The notes beneath the pieces were generated by a model that was given only the letters and a program-made list of their open reading frames with translations, made no database searches and had not been told where the DNA came from. A DNA stretch of 64,000 nt, from the NCBI RefSeq assembly GCF_009914755.1, contig NC_060936.1; one strand, written 5' to 3'. Source of the stretch: the human T2T-CHM13v2.0 reference genome, Homo sapiens. This document shows, in pieces, positions 27,093-39,600 of this stretch; position 1 is the first letter of the stretch; each line of letters starts with the position of its first letter. Position numbers and translations under genes: made by a program.

Positions 27093-30000
27093 TAGCAATA
27101 TGGATGCAGCTACAGGCCATTATCCTAAACAAATTCATGCAGAAACAGAAAACCATAAATGAGAAAGCCTATTCTCATTTATAAGTGCGAGCTAAACATT
27201 GGGTCCACATGGACATAAAGATGGCAACAATGGACACTGGGGACTACTCCGGGGGTGGAAGTTTGAAAACTTAACTACTTACTACCTGAGTGATGGGGTG
27301 AATTGTACCCCAAACCTCAGCATCACACAATTTACCCATGTAACAAACCTGCACACATACTCCCTGAATCTAAAATTAAAGTTGAAATTTGCTTACAAAA
27401 TGATTAAGGATATTCTCCTAAAAAACACATCTTTTCGTACCTAAAAAAACACATCTTTTCGTACCTAAAAAAACTAATAATAATAATCCAAACCATCACC
27501 TAATATAACCTCTATATTTAAATTTCCATAACTGTCACCAAATGTCACTTATAGCTGTATTGTTTTTCTTTGTAGCAACCAGTCTAGGATTATGTATAGC
27601 ATTTGAGTTTGAGATCTTTCATCTCTTTTTACAGAATAGTTTCCCACTCTTTTTTTTTTTTTTTTTTTGCTTTTCATGCTATTATTTTTTTCTGAAGAGT
27701 CTAGGTCACTTGTAATAAAAAGTGTTCCAAATTTTGTATTTGTTTAATTGTTTTCTCATAGTTAGATTTAGGTTAAAGTATTTCTGGCAGAAAGAGTACA
27801 CAGGTGAATGACAGGTTGCTCCATTGTCGGTGATACTGAGTTTAGTCACTTGATTAGGATAGTTACTGCCAGACTTCTTCATTGTAAAGGTAAACTTTCT
27901 ACTTTTTAATTGATAAGCTATCTGTGGAGCAATACTTTGAGTTCAAGGTTTTAGCATCCGTTGATGATCCTTGACTGAATTAATTACTACACTGGAGAGT
28001 ACAGAATTCTCGTTTTCTCCCTATACTGCCTGTAGACTAGGAATCTTCTGCTCCTAAAGCTGTACTTCTAGTGTTCTGAAACCAGTGTGCTCCACTGTGG
28101 ATACCACCATGCAGTGGTAGAAGGAGCAAGAGGTGAGTCATGGAATCAGATAGCAGATAAAATGGCAGATCAGGTACTAGAGATGCTGGGCATGGCATAT
28201 TATTGAGAAGCAAAAGAGCTAGTTTGGTGATACTAAAGTTTCAATTCTGTATTTTTTGGGTGGTCACACTTTGTATTTTCCATTCGTTAGCTAACTTTCC
28301 TTTCAAAATAGTGTTTTTGGGGGGGAAGGGAAAATAATTAAACACATTTGATATAAATCTATTTTTAATCCCTTTATTATAGTTTTCTGTTCTCTTTGCA
28401 TTTTTCCTCTTGTTTTCTCTTCTCTTCTTTTCTCTCTTTAGAGCCCTTTCTTCTTTTTAAAATATCTGCTCAAAATTTAACTATGAATTTTCTGTTTTCT
28501 CAATTTACCTCTTCCAATTGATCAGACTGTAATTTTTCTTCTAGTTGATTGGTGCTTTTCGCTCTTCTAGGTAGGATGAGGGCTTCAGAAATTATATGGC
28601 AACTTTTAATTCTCACATGTGATGCCCTAGGCTCAACTCTTCATGTAATAAAACACCTTATTTTAGAAAATATTCATTTAAAAAGATATTACAACATATT
28701 CTCAAACAAACTTTGATGAGTTTAGTTGTCTCAGCACTACTCTGGCTATTTTAAAGTACATTATTTTGTTAACCACACCCTTTCACCTTTTATAAAGCTG
28801 AAAAATAGGAAGCGTTTTTTTCTTTTCATTTTTTGTCTTGGTAGTTTGTAACCACATTTTTTGCACTGTGGTTTCATGTAAGCGGTTGTTGATAATCAAC
28901 TGATGAGTGTTGTTATGTACAAAAGTCATGCTTTTGAGGCATGGAAGTGAGTGAAAGAACATTTGAGACAATGTATATTTAACTCTACAAATAACATGTT
29001 TCTATGGTATGGAAGACAAATGATTTTCTCTAATTTTTCACCTGTCCAACAAACAGCACTTTGGTTGTTCAAAGATTATTGTCATGATTCACTTTGTAGT
29101 TTAAAATAAAGATTAGATATTTTTTGTCTTAGTGCAATTTAATTACTTATTAAAAAAAATCCCAGGAGGCTTTAGCAATTCCCTCCTGAATAATTTACAA
29201 CTCAAAATGATAATAGTAATACTATAGTATATGACATTGTTTTAAATTAAAAGATGTAAGTTAATCGATTGATATGATTTTAAATTCAATTCTCTGAACG
29301 AAAATTAAGAATTAAGCTCACACATAAGGATTGGAGAAGGCCTTCTGTGGTGGCAGTTGTTAATGTCTTTCAGTGCTTTGGAAGAAAATTGCGGAAGGAG
29401 ACTTTGGCTATGCCTCAGGGATGTCCTTGACACTGCACCTGCCACGTGATTTTTCCAGACAAGGAAGGCTATTTTCCTCAAAATGTGAATTTAATCCCTA
29501 TGTAAACCTTCTGAGGCTAGAAATTCAGTCACATTATATAGTATAAATGATATTTTAGAAGAATATGTTGTTTGAAGAAGATCAGTTTTGAGCCTGTTTA
29601 ATATTAACAAAGAATTTCCTAAACTTAGTTGCCCCTGGAAATTATCCTTTGTACTGAAAAACCCCCAAAACACAAAACATGTTAAAACAAAACAAAACAA
29701 AACAGTGGCACTTGTGTTCTATAGAATTCACTTTGGAAATTGAAATTTAGTGACTTTATTTTGGAAGTTAAAGTCTATACCAGATAGTTTTTGAAAGCAC
29801 CTTCAATCCTATAACAATAAAATTCCAGTATAACATGTTAGCAAGATCTTGTGTTCAACATTGTGTTATAATATACTATAGATACAATTTCGCTGTAAGA
29901 AAAAAAATGTTGTTTACTAACGTAAATGCAGTTTTAAGGGGAATTAAAATGAGTTTTCGTTACATGATATTTTATTGGATGACTAAAAATGAGCTCATTT

Positions 30001-31395
30001 TAAGTGGAAAGACTGGTTTTATGATTCAGATATTTTTATTATAATTTAAAAAAGCATTTTCTTATAGTTTCTTTGAAATTAAAAAACAAGAAAACGTCAA
30101 AACCTGCCATTGAAGATTTTCTGGTGTCCTAGTGGCACTTTTCAGATGAAACTTTGAGAAACATTATTGTGATTTTTTAAAATAATAAAATGCTAACATG
30201 GTGCTATTGTATAGTCAAAATGTATAAGCAGTTAAATGTTACAGAATAGTTGAAAATATGTAAGACATTTATTTCATTGTTCCTTAGAAATTTTTTTTCA
30301 TCAACCCTTGTTTCCTGAGCTAAACCAACCGAGGGACAAAAATAAGATTACAATGACAGAAAGTAGGAATTGTCTGTTTTCCTATTCCTTCTTCTTAAGC
30401 AGTACAGTCCTCATATATTCCTCTTAAATAGTTCTGGACATCCCTAGAACGTGGTCTCACAAAGATCAGGAACTAGTCCTTTTCACTTCTATGTGGGTTG
30501 ATTCATTTTCTTCCTTTTCAGGTCATTATGGTGATGACACCAAAAGTGGCAATTACAAAGCCACCAGTGTTAAAGCTACTAACGTCATCCTCTTTAGGTT
30601 GCTTGATGTTGTTGCTGTTGGTCAATGTGGATAAGTAACAGCTGCCTCATCCTGCTATTGCTAAAGTTACCTACAGTGACAATGAAGTTGATCAGCACTC
30701 TCAATGACCCACTGAGATTTTGGTGGATAAAGTTGCTTCTTCTTTTTCGATTTGACCCATCACAGTATACAGGACTCATGGGGCTTAGCTGGAGGAAAAT
30801 TATTAGTGACCGCTATTATCTGATTGGCCTTTGATTTTCTTTGCCCTCAGGATGAATTCTTTTCCTGCAGACTTATCACCTTTCAAATAAATAATAGCCT
30901 AGAATTCCTGTCCTACAAGTTCTTCAAGTATGTCCAGACATAAATATTTGCCAAATATATTAAGAAATATCTAGCAAACTTGGGAGGACTACTTATATTC
31001 AGCACAGAACAATTGAAAAGGAGAAACTAACTGACTCTGTAATACCAATAAAGTAAGTTTGTGTCATTAGACTCCAAAATTATAATGGTCTTTATCTAAT
31101 CTCCAAAATTCTTATTGACATTGTTTCCTTTATTCTTAACATTCCTAATGTCTCTGGATCACTTTTCATTTCTGTTGATTCGAATATTTATTTATTCAAA
31201 ATCATCTTGGGTGTTATAGCTCTAGATTTGGTGGAATAAATTTCTGTAATAATTTTTAGCAATATGAAGCATTCCTTGAAATCCAGTGTTTCTATGGAAC
31301 CTCTTAAGTGAATACAGTGGGGAACATATTTTTGAAGATTAATTGTAAGAGATGTCACAATTGTTAGTACTCTTGTTTAGAAGTTACAGAGTCCT

Positions 31396-31740
31396 GGCTG
31401 GGTGCAGTGGCTCATGCATGTATTCCCAGCACTTTGGGAGGCTGAGGCAGGTGGATTGCTTGAGCCCAGGCATTCACTACCAGCCTAAGCAACATGGTGA
31501 AACCCCATCTTGACCAAAAAAAAAAAATGCAAAAATTAGCCAGGCATGGTGACATGCACCTGTAGTCCCAACTACTTGGGAGGCTGAGGTGTGAGGATCA
31601 CCTGAGCCCAGGGAGGTTGAGGCTGTAGTGAGCTGTGATTGTGCCACTGCGTTACAGCCTGGGTGGCAGAGTAGGGCCCTGTCTCAAAACAAACAAACAA
31701 ACAACCCCAAAACCAAAAACCAAAAAACCCTACACACACA
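31396..31740 (+). mobile_element. AluJ with tail decayed to (AAAC)n/(CA)n
   Basis: ggattgcttgagcccagg, gaggctgtagtgagctgtgatt; TSD aagttacagag(t/c)cct at 31381-31395 and 31741-31755. Confidence 0.95.
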
Positions 31741-32099
31741 AAGTTACAGAGCCCTATAAAATGAAAGGAAACCTTGGAAAGGGCAGGTGGGTTTGAGGCT
31801 GGGCCACAGACCTATTTGGAACCAGGAACTCAAATTATGCCATCATGAATGCATTGCTGCTGCTATTTCTCTGTGTGTTAGAAAACGTGTTTGCCAACAG
31901 CACTTGAATTTTGTGTATGACCACTTTAGCCATCCGGACTCTCTCAGTTCTATTTCTAAAAATCCCCAGAAAGGACTCTTATTATCCAGCTTGTGAAGCC
32001 TTAGATCTGTTACGGGTTGAATTACGTCCCCCTAAAAGATGCTAACGTTCTAACCCCAAGCACCTGTGAATGTGATCTTTCTTACAAATTGGGTCTTTG

Positions 32100-32627
32100 C
32101 CAGTGATCCCATTACTGAGTATATACCCAAAGGATTATAAATCATGCTAATATAAAGACACACGCACACATATGTTTATTGCGGCACTATTCACAATAGC
32201 AAAGACTTGGAACCAACCCAAAAGTCCACCAATGGTAGACTTGATTAAGAAAATGTGGCACATATACACCATGGAATACTATGCAGCCATAAAAAAGGAT
32301 GAGTTCATGTCCTTTGCAGGGACATGGATGAAGCTGGCAACCATCATTCTCAGCAAACTATCACAAGGACAGAAAACCAAACACCGCATGTTCTCACTCA
32401 TAGGTGGGAACTGAACAATGAGAACACTCGGACACAGGGCAGGGAACATCACACACCAGGGCCTTTCAGAGGATGGGGGGCTGGGGGAGGGATAGCATTA
32501 GGAGAAATTCCTAATGTAAATGACGAGTTGATGGGTGCAGCAAACCAACATGGCACATGTATACCTATGTAACAAACCTGCACGTTGTGCACATATACTT
32601 GAAGTATAATTTAAAAAGAAAAAAAAG
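32100..32627 (+). mobile_element. 5'-truncated L1PA (PA4-6-like) 3' end
   Basis: ORF 32172 is the ORF2 C-terminus (MFIAALFTIAKTWNQPK...HRMFSLIGGN); G-rich 3'UTR, ggagaaattcctaatgtaaatgacgagttgatgg; A-tail. Confidence 0.95.
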
Positions 32628-32641
32628 AATTTGGGTCTTTG

Positions 32642-32890
32642 AGCTGAACAGTGAGAACACATGCACACAGGGAGGGGAACAACACACACTGGGGCCTGTC
32701 GTGGTGGGGAGCAGGTGGTGAGGGAGAGCATCAGGATAAATAGCTAATGCATGGGGGGCTTAATACCTAGGTGATGGGTTGATAGGTGCAGCAAACCACC
32801 ATAGCACAAGTTTACCTATGTAACAAACCTGTACATCCTGCACATGTATCCCAGAAACATAAAATAATAAAATAAAATATCAAAAAAAAG
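32642..32890 (+). mobile_element. 5'-truncated L1PA (PA8-10-like) 3'UTR
   Basis: gagagcatcaggataaatagctaatgcatg...gcttaatacctaggtgatgggttgataggtgcagcaaaccacc; A-tail. Confidence 0.9.
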
Positions 32891-33934
32891 AAATTGGGTC
32901 TTTGTAGATTATCAAGTTAAGATGGTTCATTAGAGTGGTTCCTAATCCAATAAAACTATGAGTTTGTAAAAAAGGACAATTTGGATACAGATATAGACAG
33001 GTATACAGGGAGAGCACCATGTGAACGTGAAGGTGGAGATTGGATGAAACTTCTACAAGGCAAAGAGTGCCGAAGTTGTCAGCAAACCACTAAAAACTAG
33101 GAGAGAGACATGAAACAGATTCTCCCTCAAAGCACTCAGAGGGAACTAACCTTGCTGACACCTTCCTTTAGCCGCTAGAAACTGTGAGACCCAAATTTCT
33201 ATTTAAACCATTCAGCTTTTGAGACTTTGTTGCAATGACCCTAGCAAATGAATACAGAACCACTTAATAGTGGCTTGAGGGGTGGGATTATCAGTACCAC
33301 GGGAACCACATAGATGGGTGAAAGTTGATTCTCAGAAATTGGTTCTGGGAAGACAATCTCATAGATTTTCACTACAGATCCCCCAAGACAATTTGTTTTG
33401 ACTTGAAACTCAACTATGGACATTTTCTTTTGAATAAATTAGCTTGCTTAGGAATTGGGTGAATAATTAAAAATAATCTAAAAATTAATTTGTGGATATT
33501 TTCTGATTGGCATTATCTGTCTCAGCACACAAGTTGCCATAATGGTGGGGAAAGCAACAAGTAACAAGCCTGCTTTGCTCTAGAGCAGATTGATATATGT
33601 AGATAAGTGGAATTTATGTGAAAGAACCAATAATGTTTGAGAGTCTGCTGATAAAAGATGACATTGAGTAAAATGATGGATTCCTGTCTTAAAGGGTAAC
33701 TTTTCTTATTATTTTCTTAGGCTGTATTGTAGTTGTTATTTATAATACGCTCCAGTTGAGGCATCATCTTGTAATTATTGCTCCCTCTACTCTTTCTCAA
33801 CTTACTCTTCACTATGAGTGTTAGTATTCAACAGTTTAGACTTCATCAATAAGTAATTTCCATCAGAATGAGGAAAGACTGGTCCTTCTCTGTTTATGTT
33901 TTCTAATCTTGGAATGAGGTACCTTAGACTAAAT

Positions 33935-34158
33935 CAGGGATTGGGTAAATTATAACCCTCAGGCCAAATTTAATCTACCACCTGGTTTTACAAAGGCAGT
34001 TTTATTATAGCACAGCCACACTCACTCATTTACTTACTTTCTGTGGTAGACTTCATGCTACAATGGCAGAGGTGAGCAGTTGCAACAGAGACTCCATGGC
34101 CCAAAAGCCTAAAATATTAACTATCTGGACTTTTACAAAAACAATTTTCCAACCTCTG
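33935..34158 (+). mobile_element. MER58A, full length
   Basis: cagggattgggtaaatt...aggccaaat...cacagccacactcactcatttac...ggcccaaaagcctaaaatattaactatctgg...ccaacctctg. Confidence 0.85.
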
Positions 34159-34876
34159 ACCTAGGTAGCTATGTAAAGGGAGAAAAAGAGGTTCTGTTTT
34201 TGTTTTTGTGCTTTTAATTAAGTCTACCAGGGACAGACTTATTAGCCTTTAGAGTAAAACGTAATCCCCACGTTACTAATAACATGAACTCCACATTTAA
34301 AAAATGGACTACATGGTTTAAAATGCTTTGTTTAAACTCATTTTTTCCTTATGTATAGTTGTTTGTAATTAGTAATTATTCAGCTCTTCTAGTTTACTTT
34401 TTCTTTTGCAAATAACTGGTTACAGAAGTAAAAAATAGAAGGGTTGTCCGAAGGCATCATGTGTTTTTGAGAGTAGTTGATCTAATGTTTCTTGAAGCCA
34501 GGAAGATATTTGTGCACTTTGTCTGTGGCTTCATTTCCTTACAGGAAATCACCTGGGGCAGATAACACCAAGCTCAGTGTATTCTTGTTGCTCAGTTGAT
34601 TAGTTGATTGATTTGAAATAACAGAAATAATAAAGAAAGATATTTCTATTTGGGAAAATTTTTTTTTAAAGTTTATAATAATGTCACCCTAATAAGTTAG
34701 TTAATCTCTCTGAACTTCAGTGACCTTCTCTGTAAAGGTACTACCTATTACATAGTGTTATGAGGATTAAATGAAATGGTCCATTTAAAGAGTTTGATAG
34801 AGTATCTTGTGTATAATTAGAGAATAATACATTTAATTCTTGTTATTATTATTATTATTGCTATATTTTTAGCTAC

Positions 34877-35318
34877 TGTTTTAGGCTGAATATTTGTCCT
34901 TTCCAAAATTCATGTGGAAATTTAATCCCCAATGTGGCAGTGCTGACAGGGGGCTTTTAAGAGGGAATTGGGTCACGAGGGCTTTGCCCTCATGAGTGCA
35001 TTAGTCCATTAATGGATTAATGAATTAATAGGTTAATAGATTAATGAGCTCTCACAGGAATGAGACTGGTGGCTTTATAAAAAAAAAAAAAAAGGCAGAG
35101 CGATATGAGCTAGCATGCTCAGTTCCCTACCCATTTGATTCCCTGCACAGCCTTGGGACTCTTCAGAGAGTCCCTACCAGCAGGAAGGTTCTCACTAGAT
35201 GTAGCATCTTGACATTGGGTTTCCCAGCTTCCATAACTGTAAGAAACAAATTCCTTTTCTTTAAAAATTACCCAGTTTCAGATATTCTGTTATAAGCAAC
35301 AGAAAATGGACTCAGACA
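34877..35318 (+). mobile_element. MSTB1/2-like MaLR solo LTR
   Basis: TG...CA termini; aaattcatgtggaaatttaatccccaatgtggcagt; aattacccagtttcagatattctgttataagcaacagaaaatggactcagaca. Confidence 0.85.
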
Positions 35319-38300
35319 CTTACCATATCCTAATTCCTGTGTTATATTTTAGCTACAGGGAATGTTAATAATTCATTTATTTATTGTATTTCTTACTGTA
35401 TTCTTTTGGATTCTCCAGAGAAACAGAACCTCTCAGGTTCTTATATATTGATTATAAGAAATTCTGTGGAGGCTCAGAAGTCTCAAGATCTATAGTCAGC
35501 AAGCTGGACACCCAGGAGAACAGATGGCATAGTTCCAGTCCAGGTTGGAAGGTCTGAGAATCAGAAGAGCTGATGGCCTAAGTTCCAGTATGAGTCCAAG
35601 TTCTAAGGCAGGAGAAGTCTGATATCCCAGCTCAATGATAGTCAGGAAGAGAGAGTGAAGTCTCCCTCACACTACCTTATTATTCTATTCAAACCATTCA
35701 AAGTTTCCATAAGACCCACCCACATTGGGAAGGTCAATCTGTTTTACTCAGTCTACTGATTCAAATGCTAATCTCACCCAGAAAATTGCTCATGAACACA
35801 CCCAGAATAATGTTTAATGAAATATCTGGGCACCCTGTGACCCAGTCAAGGTAACACATAAAATTAACATCCCAAGTTCACCCCTTGTCAATTTGGCACC
35901 CATATGCATCTCCTTAAAGCATACTTCATATCCAAATAAAGAAAATAACAAGGTAATAATTCCATCTACCATGATAAAACTATCTTGCATACAATTGGCA
36001 ATGCAGTAACCCCTTCCCCAGAAGAGGAGGTAAAGTCCTTGGGTGATGTTTACTTTTCTTCTTGATATCCCATAGCCTAAATACTATGATGTAAAATTAA
36101 CAATACTTAAATACTGTGATATAAAGTCAATATATTTTATGTTACATGATAAATGAATAAGAGAGGGAAGAAAACAAAAGATATTTGCTTAATATATATT
36201 AATAAATAAATATGCTTATATAAATATGTATAGTTGTACACACAAACACACTAATAACAAAATGAGGGTGAAATATTTATGACAATTACAGTCCTCATTT
36301 CTGTTACTGGTCACATGGTTCTAGCTGGTACTTAGACCTCCATCCACTACCCATTCTGTATTCCCTTTGCCTTCAGCAAGCACTCAGCTGACTGTGGTTC
36401 TTTCAAATGACCCAAACCTGCATTCCTGAAGGGTCTGGGCCTTGGTGGTCCTGCCTGGATTGGGTTTTTCACTGACTTTAATTACAGGGTATGGTAATAC
36501 TAAGAAAAGTCCTAAGGGATCTCCTATATTTCAGATGTACTCTTTCTTATCTCCATTGTAGAATAGCAACTTAATTTCTTCTTGGTAGTCAGGATCAATC
36601 ACTCCAGCCAGCACAGTAACTCCCTTCTTTGGCCTGTTTTTTCAGAGGCATGGGGAGTTCAAAGTGGCCAGGGGGTTGTCTTAACTTCCAGTTCAATGGA
36701 ATCATTGTTATGTCTCCTGGTGGACACATTCTTCCTGGTGGAGCTAAGACCTCTAGACCAGCAGAACATAAGGTTGTGGGAATAGGAAGCAAATATTTTG
36801 CTAGTAGGTGACTAGAGATAATAGTGAGTGGTGCCACTCTCATTTTCACCCCTTGATTACTAGACCTGTGAATTCTAGCTGTGGGTGTAGCAGCACTATA
36901 GATTGGATGCTGATTCAGAGCATATACAGCCTTCTGGAGAACACTGCCCCAGCACTGTAAGGTATTGCCACTTAGCTGGAACTGTAATTGAATCTTCAAA
37001 AGGTCATTATATTAACCTAGCTTATTCAGGACGTTGGGGAATATATTGTACAGAACCATCTGTAAACTAGGCCTGAGTCTTCTTTTCCTCTGATTATAAT
37101 CTGATTGTAATATTATAATTGGTCAACTGATTATAGGGAACTCCTCATGAGGCCATAGGTGCAGGCTGGGAGACAGAAGGCAATGTAGCAATAGTAGGGA
37201 CTGAGGGCATTTGAGTCACTTTTTCTTGTGACTCACTTGTGGCTTCAGGGCCTGCTTTGGCCCAATCACGTATTTACCATTGACATTTGATGATGAAATC
37301 CTGCTGTGCGCAACTAACTTTATGGCTTGGTGGGTCATATAACAACAAGTTCAGATCAGCAGCTCAGATCAAATGGTAACTTAGTGACTCATGGTTAAGT
37401 GTTCAGTCTCTATTAAGGCCCAGTAGTAGGCCAAGAGGTATTTCTCAAAAGGAGAGTAGTTATCTGAAGAGGATGGCAGGGCTTACTCCAAAATCTTAAT
37501 GTCCTGTGCTGCGATTCACCTATAGGGGGCTATTAATGGCTCCAAACAGCATCCCTATCTGCCACTGACACTTCAGGTACCATTGGATCTGCTGAATCAT
37601 ATGGTCCAGGTGGCAAAGCAGCTTACACAGCAGTGTGGACTTATTGCAAAGCCTTCTTTTGCTCTGGGCCCCACTTAAAACAAGCAGCTTTTTGGATCAC
37701 TTGGTCAATGGGCTGGAGAATACATACAAATGAGGAATATGTTTCTTCCAAAATCCGAACAGCCCCACTAGGCATTGTCTCTTTCTTGGTTGTAAGAGGG
37801 GCCAGATGGAACAACTTATCCTTTACCTTAAAAGAAGTATCTTGACATGAGCCATGCCACTGGAGTCCTACAAATTTCACTGAGGTAGAAGACCTCTAAT
37901 TTTTTTTTTATTTATGTCCCAGTCTCTGATCTACAATTTTTTTTTTACCAATATGTCTAAAGTAGTTGCGACTTCTTATTCACTAAGTCCAAGTGGAATA
38001 ATGTCATCAATGTAATGGACCAATGTGATATCTTGTGGAAGGGAAAGGCAATCCAGGTCCCTGTGGACTAAACTATGGCATGGTGCTGGAGAGTTGTTAT
38101 ACCCCTGAGGTAGGACAGTGAAGGTGGACTGCCGGACTTGCTAGCTGAAAGTAAATGGCCTCTGGTGGTTTTTACTAACAGGTATCAAGAAGAAAACATT
38201 TGCCAGATCAATAGTTGCACAGCAGTCATCAGGAAATGTGTTAATTTGCTCAAGCAGTGGAACCACATCTGAGACAGCAGCTGCAATTGAAGTCACCATC

Positions 38301-39505
38301 TGGCTAAGTTTATAATACTACACTGTCATTCTCCAAGACCCATATGTCTTCTGCACAGGCCAGAAAGGAGGGTTGAATGGGGATGTGGTGGGAATCAGCA
38401 CACCTGCATCTTTCAATGATGGTGCAACCTTGATAGTGGCCCTAATCTTTGCAATCTCTCCAGGAATGTGGTATGGCTTTGGGCTTACTATCTTCCTAGG
38501 CAGAGGCAGTTATAGTGGCTTCCACTTGGTCTTTCATAGCATAATAGCCCTCACTCCACAGCTCAGTGAACCAATGTGGGGATTCTGCCAGCTGCTAAAT
38601 ATATCTATTTCAATTATGCATTCTAGAACTGGGAAAATAACCACAGGATTGTTTCAGGGACCTATTGGACTCACTGTAACATGGAGCTTGATTAAAACTC
38701 TATTGATCACCGGACTTCCCTAAGCCCCTACTCTGACTGTTGTTGGGCCACAGTGATGTTTTGGATCTCCTGGAATTAGTACTAGTGTCAATTTGGAGTT
38801 AATATCCAGTAATCCTTGAAAAGTTATATTAGTTCCTTTTCCTTAGTACACAGTTACCCTGATAAAAGGCTGTATGTCTCTTTATGGATGGTTGGGAGAA
38901 AGATTGCAGCACAAACTTTTGGCAGTCTTTCTTCAAGGAGACCTGGCTTCTTCATTTAAGTGGTTCTGGGCCTATAAATTGGCTCAATTATTGGAATTGA
39001 TTGAAGGGTTGTGACTCTCTGATTTATGATTCAAAGTTTTGTTCACTTGACCTCGAGCTTTTCTCTTTATACACATCAAGTAAGAATTTAGTAGGCTTCC
39101 TATCTATTTCACTTGTAGGTACAGCATGATAAACCCATCAATTGCATAGGTCTGCATGAGTCAAACTACTCTGATTGCTGCTTTGACTCTGATCTCCATT
39201 ATGATAACCACACCCACTTTGCCTTTGGTAGTTGAGTGCTGCCACTTGACTCCTGCCATCCTTGGGATTCACTTTCTCCCATTACACTTACATTTTCCAG
39301 TTCAGTGACTGTAGTTCCCACTGTAAGGTCTGGCCTATGGAAAAGAATAATCACAGAGCTCTTCAAGGATGCCAGGGCTCCCCTCATGGATTTACTTTTC
39401 ATAGTTGTGGTGAAAGGTATGTCTTCTGGATCCATTCAGTGTGGAAAAGTAGCTGTTATATGAAACACCTACTCTCACATCTCTCACATTCCAGTCTCCC
39501 TAAGC

Positions 39506-39600
39506 TTTTTTTTTTTTTTGAGATAGGGTCTTGCTGTGTCGACCAGGTTGGTCTTCTCCCAAAGTGCTGGGATTACAGGCATGAGCCACCACACCCAGCC
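39506..39600 (-). mobile_element. Internally deleted Alu monomer (FLAM_C-like) in ERV-L gag
   Basis: poly(T)-gagatagggtcttgctgtgtcgaccaggttggtctt|ctcccaaagtgctgggattacaggcatgagccacc; TSD tccctaagc at 39497-39505 and 39602-39610. Confidence 0.85.

Larger units (their letters stand above)
32008..33256 (+). mobile_element. MLT1C-like MaLR solo LTR interrupted by two L1 3' fragments
   Basis: tgttacgggttgaattacgtcccc...cctgtgaatgtgat; after the inserts aacagattctccctca...gctgacacc...ccctagcaaatgaataca. Confidence 0.85.

Noticed and set aside
35005-35050. 8-bp periodic TTAAT array as a homeodomain site cluster
   Set aside because: As I recall, a ggattaat repeat is part of the MSTB1-type LTR consensus; a shorter version is in the LTR at 55631
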